Of a DNA stretch of 64,000 nucleotides, positions 47,231 through 61,939 are shown in pieces. The DNA is from the human T2T-CHM13v2.0 reference genome, Homo sapiens. A model generated the notes under the pieces. The model did not search any database and had not been told where the DNA came from. It saw nothing but the letters and a program-made list of their open reading frames with translations. Every line of letters starts with the position of its first letter. Within the stretch, counting starts at the first letter, position 1. The DNA is taken from NCBI RefSeq assembly GCF_009914755.1, contig NC_060936.1. One strand, given 5' to 3'. A program made the translations under genes and the position numbers.

Positions 47231-48105
47231 AAGCATTATTTACTTCAGCAGGACATATATTTAAATTCTATTTTCAACCTCCCCTCCCCCATGTTTCACT
47301 CCTTCCAAAAGGGATCTGAGGCTTACTAAACTATGTAATTCTTCCTCTTCTAGATCCAGTTAGAAGTATAAAACTTTTACTATCCTCAATTAAACAAGCA
47401 GGCTAGTACATATAAAAACTCCTTGAGCTGGGGTAAAAGTGGTCTTTATTACTAGTCCTCCTTTGATCTATCACTGTCTCCTAATAACCCACAGCCCTCA
47501 CTCCAAAACTTACAGACATACTGCTTGTTGAGGCAGAGTATTTACAAGAAAAATTTAAAATCCAGGACAAGGAACTTAGACAAACCATAGGAAATGCATC
47601 GGTTCTGGGCTAGCCTATCTTTCTCCACTCCTTTCTGCTATTGCTGGCCTCTCCCTCACCCTCTTCTACCTCTTACTTCTAGTCTACCTTTCTCAAGGGT
47701 CTCAACCCTCCTGCATCTTCACCTTGCACTTTCCCATTCATCTTTCATCTCCACCAACTCTCCCTGCTTCTCCATCCCCACCCCCAATTATTCTAGGGGA
47801 AATACCTGTATAAAGATTTGAAAACATTGTTGAAGAGACTAGAACACTAGCTGAAAATGATGGAGGGGCTGGACTGTGGGGAGGACCCAACTGAGAATGC
47901 AGACCAAGAACTTAGTGTCGCCGTGTCTGTGTGGTTGGAAAGCACAGCTTCAGGGGTTTTCCAGGCAAGTGTGACAGCCAGCCAGTGGAAACAGGAAGTA
48001 GGGCATGAGTAGAAGGTTTAAGTGAGGGACCAGAGGCTCTCAGTGAGGCTCGAGGACAGGAATAGTGGTTTCTGGCCTAGGGAAGCAATGCCAATGGAAG
48101 ACTTA

Positions 48106-48450
<345 letters not shown>

Positions 48451-48659
48451 TTAATGAGAGCTCAGATGGAAAGAGGCAGGCCCAAAAGCAAAGAGACAGG
48501 GACAAGGTGTTCTGAGTCCCTAAATTCATATGAAAATGTTAAATATTTTGAAAAATTCAAAATGATCTTTTATATGAAAATGGGTTTTGTCAAGCTCTTT
48601 AATTTACCTTAAGGGATTCAATATAATTAATAAAACACTTTACTGATCATTAATAGTAC

Positions 48660-48870
48660 CAAATGTTGGGGTATTCATTATATATCAGGCCCTTTCTAAG
48701 CACTTTTTAAAATACTTCACTTATGAGTAGTACTATTACTATCCTTATTTTACAGATAAGGTAAATAAGGTAACAAGGAGGTTAAGTATTTTGTCTAAGG
48801 TCACACAGCTAGTGTCAGAGCACTCAAACCCTGGTAGTATGACTCCAAAGTCCCTACCCATCACGTTGCA
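48660..48870 (-). mobile_element. MIR
   Basis: ttattttacagataagg..gaggttaagtattttgtctaaggtcacacagctagt. Confidence 0.8.
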
Positions 48871-50163
48871 TTGTCTATCAAAGTCAAACATCCAGAGTGG
48901 AATAACACTGTAAAAAATAAGACCAAACAAAAATCTTAGAATGAAATACATTGAAATGTTAATGGAGCTTGTCTAAGGTGAGCCTGAACACTCCGAACAG
49001 AGAGACTTTGCGTGTTTTCTTTATACTTTATTTCATTTATTTTATGCATTTTCAAAATGGTTTAATGGTTATCTTAGTTTTACAATAAAAATATAAAGAA
49101 CTTTTCAAGTGACAGTATTATTATTTTAACCCCTTTTTAGGGGAGAGTTGCATTTGTTTAAGTCTTAAGCTCATTAATAGAATCCCTGTTTGATTAAGGA
49201 GCTCACAAAATACTTACAGAAAGGAGTAGAAACATAATTATTCAGTCCTAAAGTGGACTTCTTAGTCACTAAATTCTGATCAAATTTCAAAATTCTGAGG
49301 GTCAGAAGACCAGCACACGGTGACCTTGTAGCATGTGATCATGTATAATGCTTACAAATTAGATTAGGGAATTAAACGGGTGGTTTTAAAAGGCCAGGCA
49401 GGAAACAGGTGGAGAGCAATTATTTGTACCGTTCTTTCCATTTCTTTCCTTGTAGGTAAATCTAAGCTCTGTGGTGCAAAGCTTTTCTTAAACTAGCCTC
49501 ACTGTCAGTTAGGTATTTTGTTTTGTCTAGAAAAATAAATATGCATTGCTGATGGCCAATTCAAATAGTATCTAATATAATCCTCAAAAGAAAGAGGAAT
49601 CTAAAAGAAGTATCCCAGTAAAAATAGAATTTTAGTTTAGTTGGTTCTTTGTAAAAAAGTTAAAGGGAGGTCTGAGCTTAAATGAGGATGTTGTACCAGT
49701 GAGAAAGAGCGCCATGTACCACTACCACTTCCTGTTTTTAACCTATAGTGGGTAGAGGGCTGTGGGTTTTGTGGGCACTCCATTTATAACTCTTGACACT
49801 CTTGATGTGTCCTCGTTCCTCTTTTCCCACTCCACAAGGACAAGTCGTTTCCCTTCTCCTCAAACCTAGATCCCTACTCTTTATCATATTCTAAAGATGT
49901 TAACTCTTGAGTGACAGAAAAATCCCATGTGACTGTTGAAGTAAAGGAATATGCTGTTCTCGGTGGGTATTTGGGACTTTTGTTCCGGTAGAAAGGTGGA
50001 TTGGGGGCTTCATTCATATTTTCCCATTCTGTTTTTGTGGTAACAAGACACATTTAAGGAGAAATAGGCGGTTTAAGAGGAGCACCCAATGGACTTGTTG
50101 CTCTCCTCCCCACAGATGTCAGTCATCTTGGGCAAGTTGCTTAGCCTCCGTTAATTTTAGTTT

Positions 50164-50891
50164 TGTAGTCGCCCAATGGGTTCACCTTGCCTGCTGCCTA
50201 GACAGAACCACTTTATTGAGACAGGGGAATTGCAATGGAGAAAGAGTAAGTCATGCAGAGTCAGCTGTGTGGGAGACCGGAGTTTTATTATTACTCAAAT
50301 CAGTCTCCCAGAGCATTCGGGGATCAGAGTTCTTAAAGATAATTTGGCAGCTAGGGGCTTGGGAAGTGGGGAGTGATGATTGGTTAAGTTGGATATGAAA
50401 TCATAGGGGGGTGAAGTAAGATTTTCTTGCTGTCTTCTGTTCCTGGGTGCAATGGCAGAACTGGTTGGGCGAGATTACCAGTCTGGGTGGTGTCAGCTGA
50501 TACATGGAGTACAGCTCTGCAAAATATCTCAAGCACTGATCTTAGGTTTTACAATAATGATGTTACCCCGAGGAGCAATTTGGGGAGGTTCAGACTCTTG
50601 GAGCCAGAGGCTGCATGACCCCTAAACTGTAATTTCTAATCGTGTAGTTAATTTGTTAGTCCTGCAAAGGCAGACTGGACCCCAGGCAAGAAGGGGGTCT
50701 TTTTGGAAAAGGGCTGTTACCAATTTTGTTTCAGTCAAACCATGAACTGAATTCCTTCCCAAAGTTAGTTCGGCCTATGCCCAGGAATGAACAAGGACAG
50801 CTTAAGGGTTAGAAGCAAGATAGAGTTGGTTAGGTCTGATTTCTTTCACTGTCATAATTTCCTTGGTTATAATTTTGCAAAGGCAGTTTCA
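50164..50891 (-). mobile_element. LTR8-family (ERV1) solo LTR inserted into a MIR
   Basis: minus strand starts tgaaactgcctttgcaaaatt and ends gggcgactaca; 4-bp TSD gttt; MIR halves at ~50120-50163 and 50892-50960. Confidence 0.88.
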
Positions 50892-51509
50892 GTTTCTTTA
50901 TCTATAAAATGGGGGTAATTAACAGGGTTGTTATAAAGATCTCATGGAACAATGTACACTTTACAACTATCTTTTCTTTTTTAAAGTCCTTTATAAAATT
51001 AAAAGTCAATCTTACCTAGCCAGCCACACAAAAGGAGGCTGCGGGTGGCTTTGGTCTGCAGGCTGTCCCTTGCTGACCCCTGATATAGATGCAGATCTTT
51101 GAAATCATGTGCCTGACATAAGGTAAAGTCTGTGGCCAGAGAACAAAGCAAAACTAACTGGCCCACAAAGGAGTAGTTTTCCAATTAAACCAACTACCAC
51201 TCTGTGAGTAATAAAAGTTCAAGCTAACCTTGAAAATCCAACTCTCTGCACCACACTTAACCTGCTCTACTGTGATAACTCCAACCTGGCCTACTGTAAA
51301 CCAGATGAGTGAGCAGAGAAGGCATTCTACCAATCATGGAGGTAAATAATGCTGTAAAACCATAGCCAGTATAGTTAAGTTGTCTGTTGCAGGCTAAGAA
51401 AAATACACTGTACCAAAACAGAGATCACACTGCTGTCCTTGGATAGGACCAAGGCACCTGAGGCAACTCAGCATAAATAGGACTGAGTGAACTCAGGGTA
51501 TACACTCTA

Positions 51510-51543
51510 GCGCATGCGCGCGCACACACACACGCACACACAC
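51510..51543. repeat. Alternating purine-pyrimidine tract (GC)n/(CA)n
   Basis: gcgcatgcgcgcgcacacacacacgcacacacac. Confidence 0.9.
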
Positions 51544-54500
51544 CCCTACCTTTCTGGGGCTAAGAGAATTGAATTCTTAGAACCCCCTTATCAGATGCAT
51601 CACAGATGACTCATAAACTAGCAATAGCTGCTCAACTTCTAAAAACAATGAGTGGGACTCATCTCCTACACATGCCAACTATTTCTGTTTACAAAATAGG
51701 CACTCATTGTTAACGCAATGCTAACCACTTTCCCATTTCCCTATTTCTGAAAAGCTTCTTAATCCAGTGGATTTCAATAGAGTTCAATGGCACTGCCACT
51801 GTCCCTTTTCCATGTATTTCAAATGTTGGCAAGCCTGAATGTGCCATTTCTCCCTCTCCCGGGTTATTACTCCCAAACAACAGACTCTGATGTCAATGAT
51901 TTTTGCTGCCAGCCAAAGGACAATTTTCTCTTCAAATCATTTCTAAGGAACTGTGACTATAACTCAAAGAATTCTAAAAACAAGAAACTGATTGGCAAGA
52001 GGAAAGATGAATGTGACTAGTCCGATGGACCTCCTAGGATCATCCGGAAGAGTAGGGTTTCCTTATTGACTTCCTCTTAACTGCTCTGTCTTTAGATCAC
52101 AAGATCCAGTTTGGTATTTCCTAAGGAGGCAAAGAACTGCTCACTTAGGAATGCACAGAGGAGATGACTTACCATTTATAAGGAATAACTTGATAAATAG
52201 CACACAGACCATCTTCGTTGCCACTGAGAGCAAAATTATTATCTTGGTAGGTGTCATTCAACCTTTTTGGCATATATGTAAAGTAATAAAGCAACGATAG
52301 CTTAAGAGCAGGCCAAGTTTGTATAAAGGTATGCTGCAATCTCACTGCAACTTAGTAGAATTTGCTGAAAAATATTTAGAGACATCAGAAAGTGATGCTG
52401 GTGCAATTGGTTAAGAATATAATTCTCCTGATAGAATGAGAAGACTATTTTTTGTGATGGGATAATAATGATCAAATTCCCATAACATACAAGCAAGGAC
52501 TTAGGGCAACGTGCTGATGGGTCTATACTTTTACTTCTATTTCTATTTACTCCTTATGTAGGCTCAATTGTAAAACACTAAATTTAAAGAGAGAAGGGAC
52601 CTGGTAGTCTGATCTCAGTTTACAGAGACCCTTATATTTTTCGACTTATCCTTACTGGAAGGGGTACTAACTGATTTGTTTGTAAACATGGATCATAGAC
52701 AATACAATGGTGCATAGTTTTGCTGGTAGGATAATTACAAATGGCCCACAAAGGAGAATATTGAGAGACAGACAGAGAGACAGGGAGGGAGAGAGGGCCA
52801 GAGAATTCACCTACAATTAAGTGAACAATCCACCAAAGTGAAGATAATTGCTGTAACTGACAATGACAATTACTGTCCTTTTCCCAAACAGCAATTTAAC
52901 AACAAATGCCCTTTTGCAATACCAACCTCATCTAGTATTTCTTAGCAGTCTCAGAACTATTTTGAATTTTCAAATGAAGGAGGCATTCCTAGGAAAGTAG
53001 ACAATGAGCAGCCAGTCCCATGCTGACTCTGTGATTATTATCACATCTCCACAGCCTACTAAAAGTCTGAGGGTGAACTAAACCTTTCAGTTGATCTTTT
53101 TTCTCTCTGATAAATTTGCAACAATAATGAAAGCCACTGTTTTGCCCTAAAGCCTTGTTTCTGGTTTTGCAAAATCTAATTCTTACATATCCATTCACTT
53201 ATTTCAGTAAAACTTTGCTGAGGAGCAGCTACGTGCAAATGCTGTTCTAGATCGTGTTAGCGGGAGGAAGATGATTTCAACAAGGAAGAATTTGGCATTA
53301 ATCCTGCCCTTGTAGGGCTCAGCATTCAATAGGGAAGGTAAAATGTATGCTTAAATAATGGAAGTGATACTTACTATTAGAAAGATACAAATGACACTGA
53401 AAAGGAAAGGAAGAGAGACCTCCCTTCCACCTGGGAGGATCAGACAAGCAGTTTTGGAGGAGATAACATCTGATCTAGGCCTTCCAGGACCATGAGGATT
53501 CAGAAGACAGAGATGAGACAGGGTACGGGTGGGCTCTGGAAAGACCAAGGTAACAGTTTTAAGGCAGGCAGCCTCTACAGAAAAGGGAAGGTTAGTGTGG
53601 CAGAAGCTGAGGTCATCTGAAGGGAAAAGAGGTTGAAAATACAGTCTGGAACAAGTGGCACAGCATTGACAGAGTCCTCATTCTAGCTTCATGGTCTAAC
53701 TATCTACACCAAAAATATATTTTCTCTCTCAAGTTTTTAGCAGGTAAGAGGAAAAAGAAAAAGTCTTACTGCACTGGTGTTAAGTTCTTCAAAAAACCAA
53801 TTTTTTCAACTAGCTTTTTTTTTTCCTCTAAAAGCAGGTTAAAAATAAATTCAAAGAGTCTAAACTTTCCATCTCCACTCCACCTCTAGACCCTTTCTCA
53901 CTCTCCAGAAGTAACCACTGCCAACAGTTCTCTTGTGTACCCTCCCCAAATATTCTGGGCAATATAATGTATACATATAGACACACCCTCCTTCCATGCT
54001 CACTTCCACCCAATATTCAGTTTGTATTCATGTAATAGTACTATGCTACACAGTATTAATAATACTATGCTACGCAGTAACATAGTGCTACACACTATGT
54101 TCCCCGTTACAACCTAGGAGATTTTTCCTCACCTGCCCATATAAGTCTATTTTACTCTTTTAAGTAGTAGTCTAATACTCTATTTTATGAAAGTACCATG
54201 GTTATTTAACAAGTTTCCTAGGGTTAAACTTGGTATTATTTGATTTTGCTATCACTTGGTGTTTAATTCTTAATAACAAAATGTTTAGTTACTTCTTTCA
54301 GGAGTTCAACAGCTCCTGAAAGCAATGGGAAATCTTAAATTGCACATGCAGGAACCCACATGACAAATATGAAGCCACTGAGAGGTTTATTGGTTTCACA
54401 ATATACTTTAAGCATACATTTTACTTGTTGTGAACAGGAACCTGACATCCTCGGTCTACAGTTTGGTACACTTGATATTGCCAAGCTGTTTTCATGACAG

Positions 54501-54699
54501 TAAAGGGGATGGTTATTGGTGGAACACTAGCAAGATAATTCAGGAACACTGGCTGATTTTATAAGGTGATTTTAAAGGTACATTATATTGGAAAGTAAAA
54601 GGTAAGTACTAACTTGCAAGCATCCGTTGATAAAAATAAAGTTTTTCTCAAGTTGTAGAGTAATAATGCAACTTTGGTGTCTGAAGAAGGCATCACCAA

Positions 54700-54920
54700 A
54701 GGCGGTATGGTGTTTTAGATCACGCTGGCTCTAGAGTCAAGCAAGCCTGGATGGGACGCTGGCTCCCCTACTTTCTAATGTGTGATCACAGGTAAGTTAT
54801 TAAGCCTCAGTTACTTTATCTGTAAAATGGGGCTAATACCTACCTCATAATGTTGTTGGTGGGGATTAAGATAGTGTAGCATATATAGATACTGTTCAGT
54901 AAATGTTAGCCATTATTTAG
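54700..54920 (+). mobile_element. MIR
   Basis: ggctctagagtca...caggtaagtta..gcctcagttactttatctgtaaaatgggg. Confidence 0.8.
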
Positions 54921-55019
54921 TGACTACCTAATACTAACTGTAGTATTTTAACAAATATCTACAGTGTGTACTATGCACCACGCACTACTATCACTCTCTC
55001 CATCTCTCTTTCTCTCTCA

Positions 55020-55023
<4 letters not shown>

Positions 55024-55050
<27 letters not shown>
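55024..55050. repeat. (CA)n microsatellite
   Basis: direct read. Confidence 0.92.
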
Positions 55051-56599
55051 CCCACTCATTTATTCTTCCTAGTAGCTCTATGCGTTGGTACTAATAAAAG
55101 TCTCCTTGCATGCCACTTTTCAAAGTCTGTTTTTAGATAAATTATCTTTTTCACTCCCACAACCACAACACAAATGAGATAGAAAATGGAAAAAAAGAAT
55201 CCAAAAGGTCTGGTATTATAATCAACCAAATAAATTTAAACTATTGTTTTACACACATTGTACTTTTGTTTCACAATTAACATTTCAAAGAGATTGTTCA
55301 CAAACTCAGTGTTAATAATAAACTGATATCTCAGAAGTGTCGTGAATTCTACTTTTGTTTTTCATGGTTTTCAACTTAAGGACTACATTATTAAAATAAA
55401 AATAATAATACATGTTAAGAAGTTATGGAAAAATAAAAAGCATTTATTGCTTTATCAGATTCTGTGTAGTGTAATAAACATCATACTTACCTAGTACTAT
55501 GAGATGTGTTCTAGAGATTAATTTCCTGTAAAATGTATGCCTTTAATAGAAATCTTCAGAAAATGTAACAAAATGTAACAAAACAAAACCCACCATTCTT
55601 CCATGTCAATATTGATTTCTAATTCCTACTTCTGCTATGATGGAGTTATGGGTAAGACTCAGATAAAGAGGAAGTTATGGTGGCAGGAAATTCCTTTAGC
55701 ATCTATTGCCTTTTATTTGGGTCCTCACTCCCAGGAAAACAGCTCAACAAGTACTCTTTACCCTGAGGTACTTGTGCCTCAGTACATCCCTGACTTGCAG
55801 CCTCAGGGTCCAGCCTCACTTTGTTACCCATAGAGGATATATACCTGCAGAACTATGATAAATCGAGAGTGCCCACCAGCATCCTCAGAATTCAGAAAAA
55901 TGCAAAATCCAGCACCATTCTTACAACAGGACAGGACTCACTGAATCTAACTGAATTAGAGTGTGTTAAACAGGGATGACAGCCATTATGGATAGGTTAA
56001 AAAAAAATGAGCTGCAAACTCATCCAAGAAAAAGAAATCGCACCAACAAGTTTCCAGATGACTGCAGAGAAGGCTCCACACCCAGCCTCAGGGAGACACT
56101 AAGGAGCCTTCCCAGCTGCTGGTCCAAAGAAGCCTGGACAGTCTTGGACTCCTTTCCTGTGTTGGCCAATGTGAGTCTGGAATGGAGCCCTGTACCAGAT
56201 GAAATATCTTGATCCTGCCAACTGCTTCTTGGCTTTGAGCAGTTGTAGGAGCAGCTGGTTTTACAAGAGTCACAGAGTGAATCCTTGTCCTGAGGTAGGA
56301 GAGTCCTAAGTTTAGTGAGAAACTTAAAGTTTGAGCCTTTGTACAACTACCTTCATGAGATTTAGCTGAAGACTTGGTGTGTTGCGCTTGTTATCCATGA
56401 ATCTTACAAATAACTAAATGATCTATAATAGTTTCATCCAGGAAAAATCTTCCTTCAACTACAAAAGTAAATTTTTCCACTTCCCCGCTTTAATCAGACA
56501 CCAAAGTGTCATGAGATAGGAGGTCAATTATCCCTCAGCCAGTATAGTTAAAAATCAATTGAATTCTAGGAATAGTAGATTGAATACAAGGACTTACTC

Positions 56600-58980
56600 C
56601 CTCTCCCTTGATATCCCAGTAAAAAGATTTTTTTTAAGGCGTAAAGCTGTTAGGATAAAATATAATAGTAGACAATAATGAAATTTTGAAAGCTGGAAAG
56701 CAGACAGACCTGAACCATAAATCGGCAGTGGAAAAAGCCAAGACCAACTCAGTTTACCTCAGAGAATCTCTAAAAGGCACTGCTGGCATGACTGAAAGTT
56801 GGGGATAATGGAAGGGGTGAGCTAAAATAGTGAGGATCTGTTGAACTTTTTTCAAGAAATAGCTAGATTCCCCAGACCAGGTCCTACTCCATAAAGCTGA
56901 CTGGTTGGTCCTCCCCTATCCTGGCAACAATCTGAATATATGTTCTCTGGAAAGTATACAATATATGTTTCTAGGTGAGAGACTAGGCACAATTTGTGGG
57001 CAAGAGGCATACTCTAATGAAAATTGGGAACTGAGTGAACACATGCCTGCTGGGATAATCATTCCAGCCCTTTCCCCCTACTTGGTTCCCAGAAAGATGG
57101 CGGTGAGGTCTAGGCCCCCAGAACAGGGGATTGGGAGCTGTTCTCTGGGTGATCTGAACAGCCAAAGAAGAGGGTCTTAGACAAATGACCCTGGTGGTTC
57201 CCAAGTAAAGGAACATCTTAAGTAAATAGCATCTTAAGTGAAGCTATTGCGAACAAGCCCCACTCATGTGCGCCAGGCTCAAATCAGCCTTGTTTTCCCC
57301 CCATTCTTGAAGACAGCAGATAAAGAGGAACTATCTGACATCTGGGCAAAGAGTCTAAGGTGAAAGACCCCAAAACAAACAAAAATCAGCTTGTACCTCA
57401 GGGATACAAACAGCAAAATCCAGATTGTGGAAAACTTTACACAAATGGCCCTGTTTCTTAAATAAGTGGCACAGAATAAAAGGAAAGAAATGGGAAAATA
57501 TAAATTAAAAAAGACTTAAAATACATATCAACCAATTGCACTGTGTGAACCTTATCTGAGTACTGATTTGAACAACCCATATGTTTAAAAACATAACATA
57601 ATCAAAGCAATTTAAATACTGATTGTATATTTGATGATATTAGGGAACTGTTGTTGACTTGTTTCTAGGTATGACATATTGAGTTAAAAGAGTCCTTATG
57701 TTTTAGAGATATATACTAAAATATTTAGGGATGAAATAATAAAATAGCTGAGATTTGCTTCAAGACAATCTTGGTGGGGGACTGACTAAAACAACCATCC
57801 ATAGAAGGAAGGAAACATACAAATCTTTTTCTACTATTCTCTCTACTTCATGTTTTAAATTTTTCATAATGCAGAAAAAAAACTATCATTAGAATCCTCA
57901 GAGAAGATATTGAAATCATGAAACAGAACCAAAATAATATTAAAAAGAAACATTCTTAGAGTTTTTAAGCTCCTATAAATATAGTAACAGAAATAAAAAA
58001 TTCAATAAAGAGGGGAAAAATTGAGGACATATCCCAAAAATTACAGTGAAACGTTATAGAAATGAAAATAAAGGAAAGATTAAAAAAATTAGAGGACTAG
58101 TCTAGAAGGTCCAAAATCTGGGGGTAATAGGAATTCATCAACACAATAATGTAAAAAAATTTCCCAAACTGAAGGTCATGGATTTCCTTTTTTTTTTTTT
58201 TTTGAGACGGAATCTTGCTCTGTCCCCCAGGTTGGACACAATCTCGGCTCACTGCAACCTCTGCCTCCCGGGTTCAATCGATTCTCCTGCCTCAGCCTCC
58301 TGAGTAGCTGGGATTACAGGTGCCCGCCCCTACACCCAGCTAATTTTTTGTATTTTCAGTAGAGACGGGGTTTCACCATGTTGGCAAGGCTGGCCAGGCT
58401 GGTCTCAAACTGCCAGGTGATCCACCGGCCTCAGCCTCCCAAAGTGCTGGGATTATAGGCATGAGCCACTGTGCCCGGCCAAGGCCATGGATTTCTAAAA
58501 GAAAAGATTGCACCCAATGCCTGACACAATTGATGAAAACAGGCCCACATCAAGGCACGTCATTGTGAAACTGCAGGATACTGGGAACTAAGAGATTTGA
58601 CAAGTTTCCAAAAAAAAAAAAAATTAACAAAACCTGGCTATATATAAAAGATCAGGAATCAGAAGCATATAGGACTTCACAACAGAAAAAAGCTAGAAGG
58701 AAATAGAGCAATACCTTCAAAATTCTGAAGGAAAATTATTGCTAGTATAAAGTTCTATATCCAACCAAACTACCAATCAAAGGTAAAAGTAGAATAAAAA
58801 TATTTTTCAGAAATAAAGGTCTCAAAAATTTTATTTTCAGTCACCTTTTCTGAGCAATAACAGCACATAAGTAAATCCAGAAAGAATAATAAATGGAATA
58901 TAGGAAACAATGGATCTAGCAAAGAAGAGAGGTAGAGGAAATCTTCAGAAGGGTGATCAAGAGAGATTCCAAAATTAAAG
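56600..58980 (+). mobile_element. Old L1M fragments (5'/ORF1-like), interrupted by an Alu
   Basis: aaaatttcccaaactgaagg, cccacatcaaggcac.tcattgtgaaa, ccttcaaaattctgaaggaaaatta; limits approximate. Confidence 0.6.
58188..58480 (-). mobile_element. AluS with small indels
   Basis: TSD aagg(t/c)catggatttc at 58172-58186 and 58481-58495. Confidence 0.93.
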
Positions 58981-60712
58981 CTACCCTTTATGCCTCAGTT
59001 TCCTTATCTGTGAAACAGGAAATTAATGATAGCAGCTACTTCATAGAGTTATTGTAAGGATTCTGCATAAAACACTTGGAATAATGCCTGGCACTACCAG
59101 ATACTACTTGTATCTCTTGTAGAGATACAAGAATTACTGTTGTTACAACCATCAAAGAATTGACTTTTTACACTAGGTTAATTTATAACTTGACATATTG
59201 CAATAACTTTTAAAAAAAGAAATCAATGTAATACACATTCTGAAGTGAACATATTCCCAGCTTTGGAATGACTGAAAATAGTCACAGAACCATAGCGTTT
59301 TGGAGGTTGGCCTGGTTCTGAAATTTTTCTTGCACAATTTCCTTGTTTTGAAGAGGAAGGAACTGAAGCTCAGAGTGGCTAAGAAACTTGCTTAAAACTA
59401 CATAGCCATTTAGAAGAGGAGTTGGGAGTAGCGCTCAGGTGTCTCATGTAAATGCACTGAAAACCAGAAGTGTAGCTCCTCAAGCAGTCTACTATCCTCA
59501 GAGAGTCAGAATTTCACATATACTCAAAAAAATCACCATAGAAATATGTTGTCCAATTCTGCCATATTACCCTAAAACCTGGCACTCAGCTCAAGCGGAA
59601 AGGCAACTTAGAAAGATGCATTCAGAGTGATCAAGAGAGGAGGCTAGAGTTAGGTTCACTGAATTAGGCTGACAATATGGAAGACAATGTATCGAATTCA
59701 CCATCTTACACAGTCTTTTAATTTTAGAAAGGACATGTTAATTTACACACACACAAAATTAATGCCTAACACAGGGCAGCATGGATGGGCATTTCTGTTC
59801 CTGGAGTAATGGAATGGGCAGTAATATTCTTTTATCTCAGTTTTTGATGTCTTTTTTGAAAGGATATCCACAGTTTGTAGGATTAGTAACCATTTCGGTC
59901 ACTGCTTGTAAGGAAATGATGCTCCTGTCAAAAGGACATGGCAACAAGGACTATCTAGCCAGGCCAATGAAAAGCGTGAGTTTCAAGTCAGGGAACAAAA
60001 GGCAAGATCCTCGGAGAAGTGCTTTCTCCCTCACCTCACCACTGACTCTCGTGTGACATTTGAGAGGGAATCAGGCTGGGCGAGAATTTTCTTAGTACAA
60101 ATTCTATCATCTCTCTTAATCTTGTTCCAACTAAAAATAAGCCCTCCATACATTTGCAGAAAGTCCCATTCAACAGTTTGAGATAAAGTTATTTAAAAAG
60201 AAAATTGCCCATTTTCTTTTCATTGAATCTCAGTGGGAAAGTACATGCTAATTTCTCATCTTCAAAACACTGAAAATTTCTATGCTTCTTGAATATTTAT
60301 TACAAACAAATTTGTAATTGCCCTTTGATGTAGTACACGCTTCACAGCAATCCAAATGCCAAAGTGGTGACTGGCTGGGGTTAAACACCTCTTAATATTT
60401 TAACTGAGATTTAAAGTCACAGGTAGACTCCAAAAATACCAAAAAAAGTTATTTTCAAATGTTTTAATCCTTTTCACAAATGCTTATTTCAGTATTTTTG
60501 ATTAATAAAAAGATTTTCTCCTTCCTCTTTGTTGTAAGCATTAGGTACAGTTTGGAAAATCACTCAAGCAATAAATATCAAAGTATGTACTTGTAACTTA
60601 GCCAAGTTAATAAAAAAACTATTTATAAATATTTCACATTTCTTCTATGTAATAACAGAAACATACAAAAAGTTCAGTTTTAAAATGGAAAGTACCGGCA
60701 CGTCAATACTCA

Positions 60713-60880
<168 letters not shown>

Positions 60881-61124
60881 TCATCAAGCCAAAGCCTTTA
60901 ATGCACTCTCAGGAACCAATATGGAAGTAAAATTCAAGAAAATCCATTCTTAGTTATCTAGTTATTTCCTTGAATGGATTTCAAGAGAAAATACATAAGG
61001 TATGAGGAATATCCTGGTGAATACAGGTAGTTATGCTTTTGGTACTATGCTACTTGAATTAAAAAGATTTGTCCCAATTTATATGATTAAAAAAATAAGC
61101 ATACTTCATTATAATGATACTTAC

Positions 61125-61200
61125 ATACTCATCACACTTCTTTTTTTCCAAATGGCTGTTTGTGAGACTTCTTCTACTTTCACGATCAGAAATAAACTTG
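61125..61200 (-). CDS. SLC38A1: SLC38A1 coding exon 2 (76 nt): (S)KFISDRESRRSLTNSHLEKKKCDEY, cytoplasmic N-terminus
   Basis: cag acceptor at 61201-61203, gtaagt donor below 61125; 1 nt plus 25 codons. Confidence 0.96.
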
Positions 61201-61939
61201 CTGTAAAGACATGCGTAATATATTTAACCTTATGATAATGATTTGAAGCTTGACATCTTTACTAAATGATATGTTACTCATCAAAACATACATGAACAGT
61301 TACCAATCAGCTCTCTAAGAGTTTACAGCCCTATTCAACCACCAACTCCCCCCACCTTTTTTTCTTTTGCCATTATGAGTTGTCTATATTCTCGTTTTAC
61401 CAAATAAACTATAAGTGCCCCAAGGGCAGGCACTTTGCCTCATTCATTTTTATATCCTGCACTCTACCTTGTACAAAACAATGCCAATAACAGGTGCTCA
61501 TCTTGAGATGAAATGAAAGACAACCGTAAGTCAAAAACAGCTATACATTTTGAATCATTTTAATAATAAATTTAAACACTATATACAACATAAATTAATT
61601 TTTGTATAGTTTTTCCCTAAGTGGAAAATTAGATAATATCAAGACTACTATAAACCTGGTATTTAAAAGGATACTAGAGGCAAGTTTTCTTTTGAGCTCA
61701 GGTTCTTGGACTACAAAATTGTTAAATAGAAATTCCCTCTCCCTTGCAGAAAAGAAAAGAACTGTTTCACCGTCAGACATTCCTTCAGCGCCTGCTATAT
61801 GCAAGTCACTGGAACAGGCACTGGGGAGACACGGGGGTAGGTAATAAGTGATGCAAACAGGAGGCTACAGGAGTTCAGACTAGGAAATTACGGTGGGAGG
61901 CAAGGCATATGGTCGATGGTGAGGGTCAGAGCCAAGGCT

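Noticed and set aside
54034-54098. Imperfect short tandem repeat (tactatgctac units); also aaatgtaaca x2 at 55561 and catcttaagt x2 near 57214
   Set aside because: Local slippage duplications with no spacer-repeat architecture; not CRISPR-like or evidently functional
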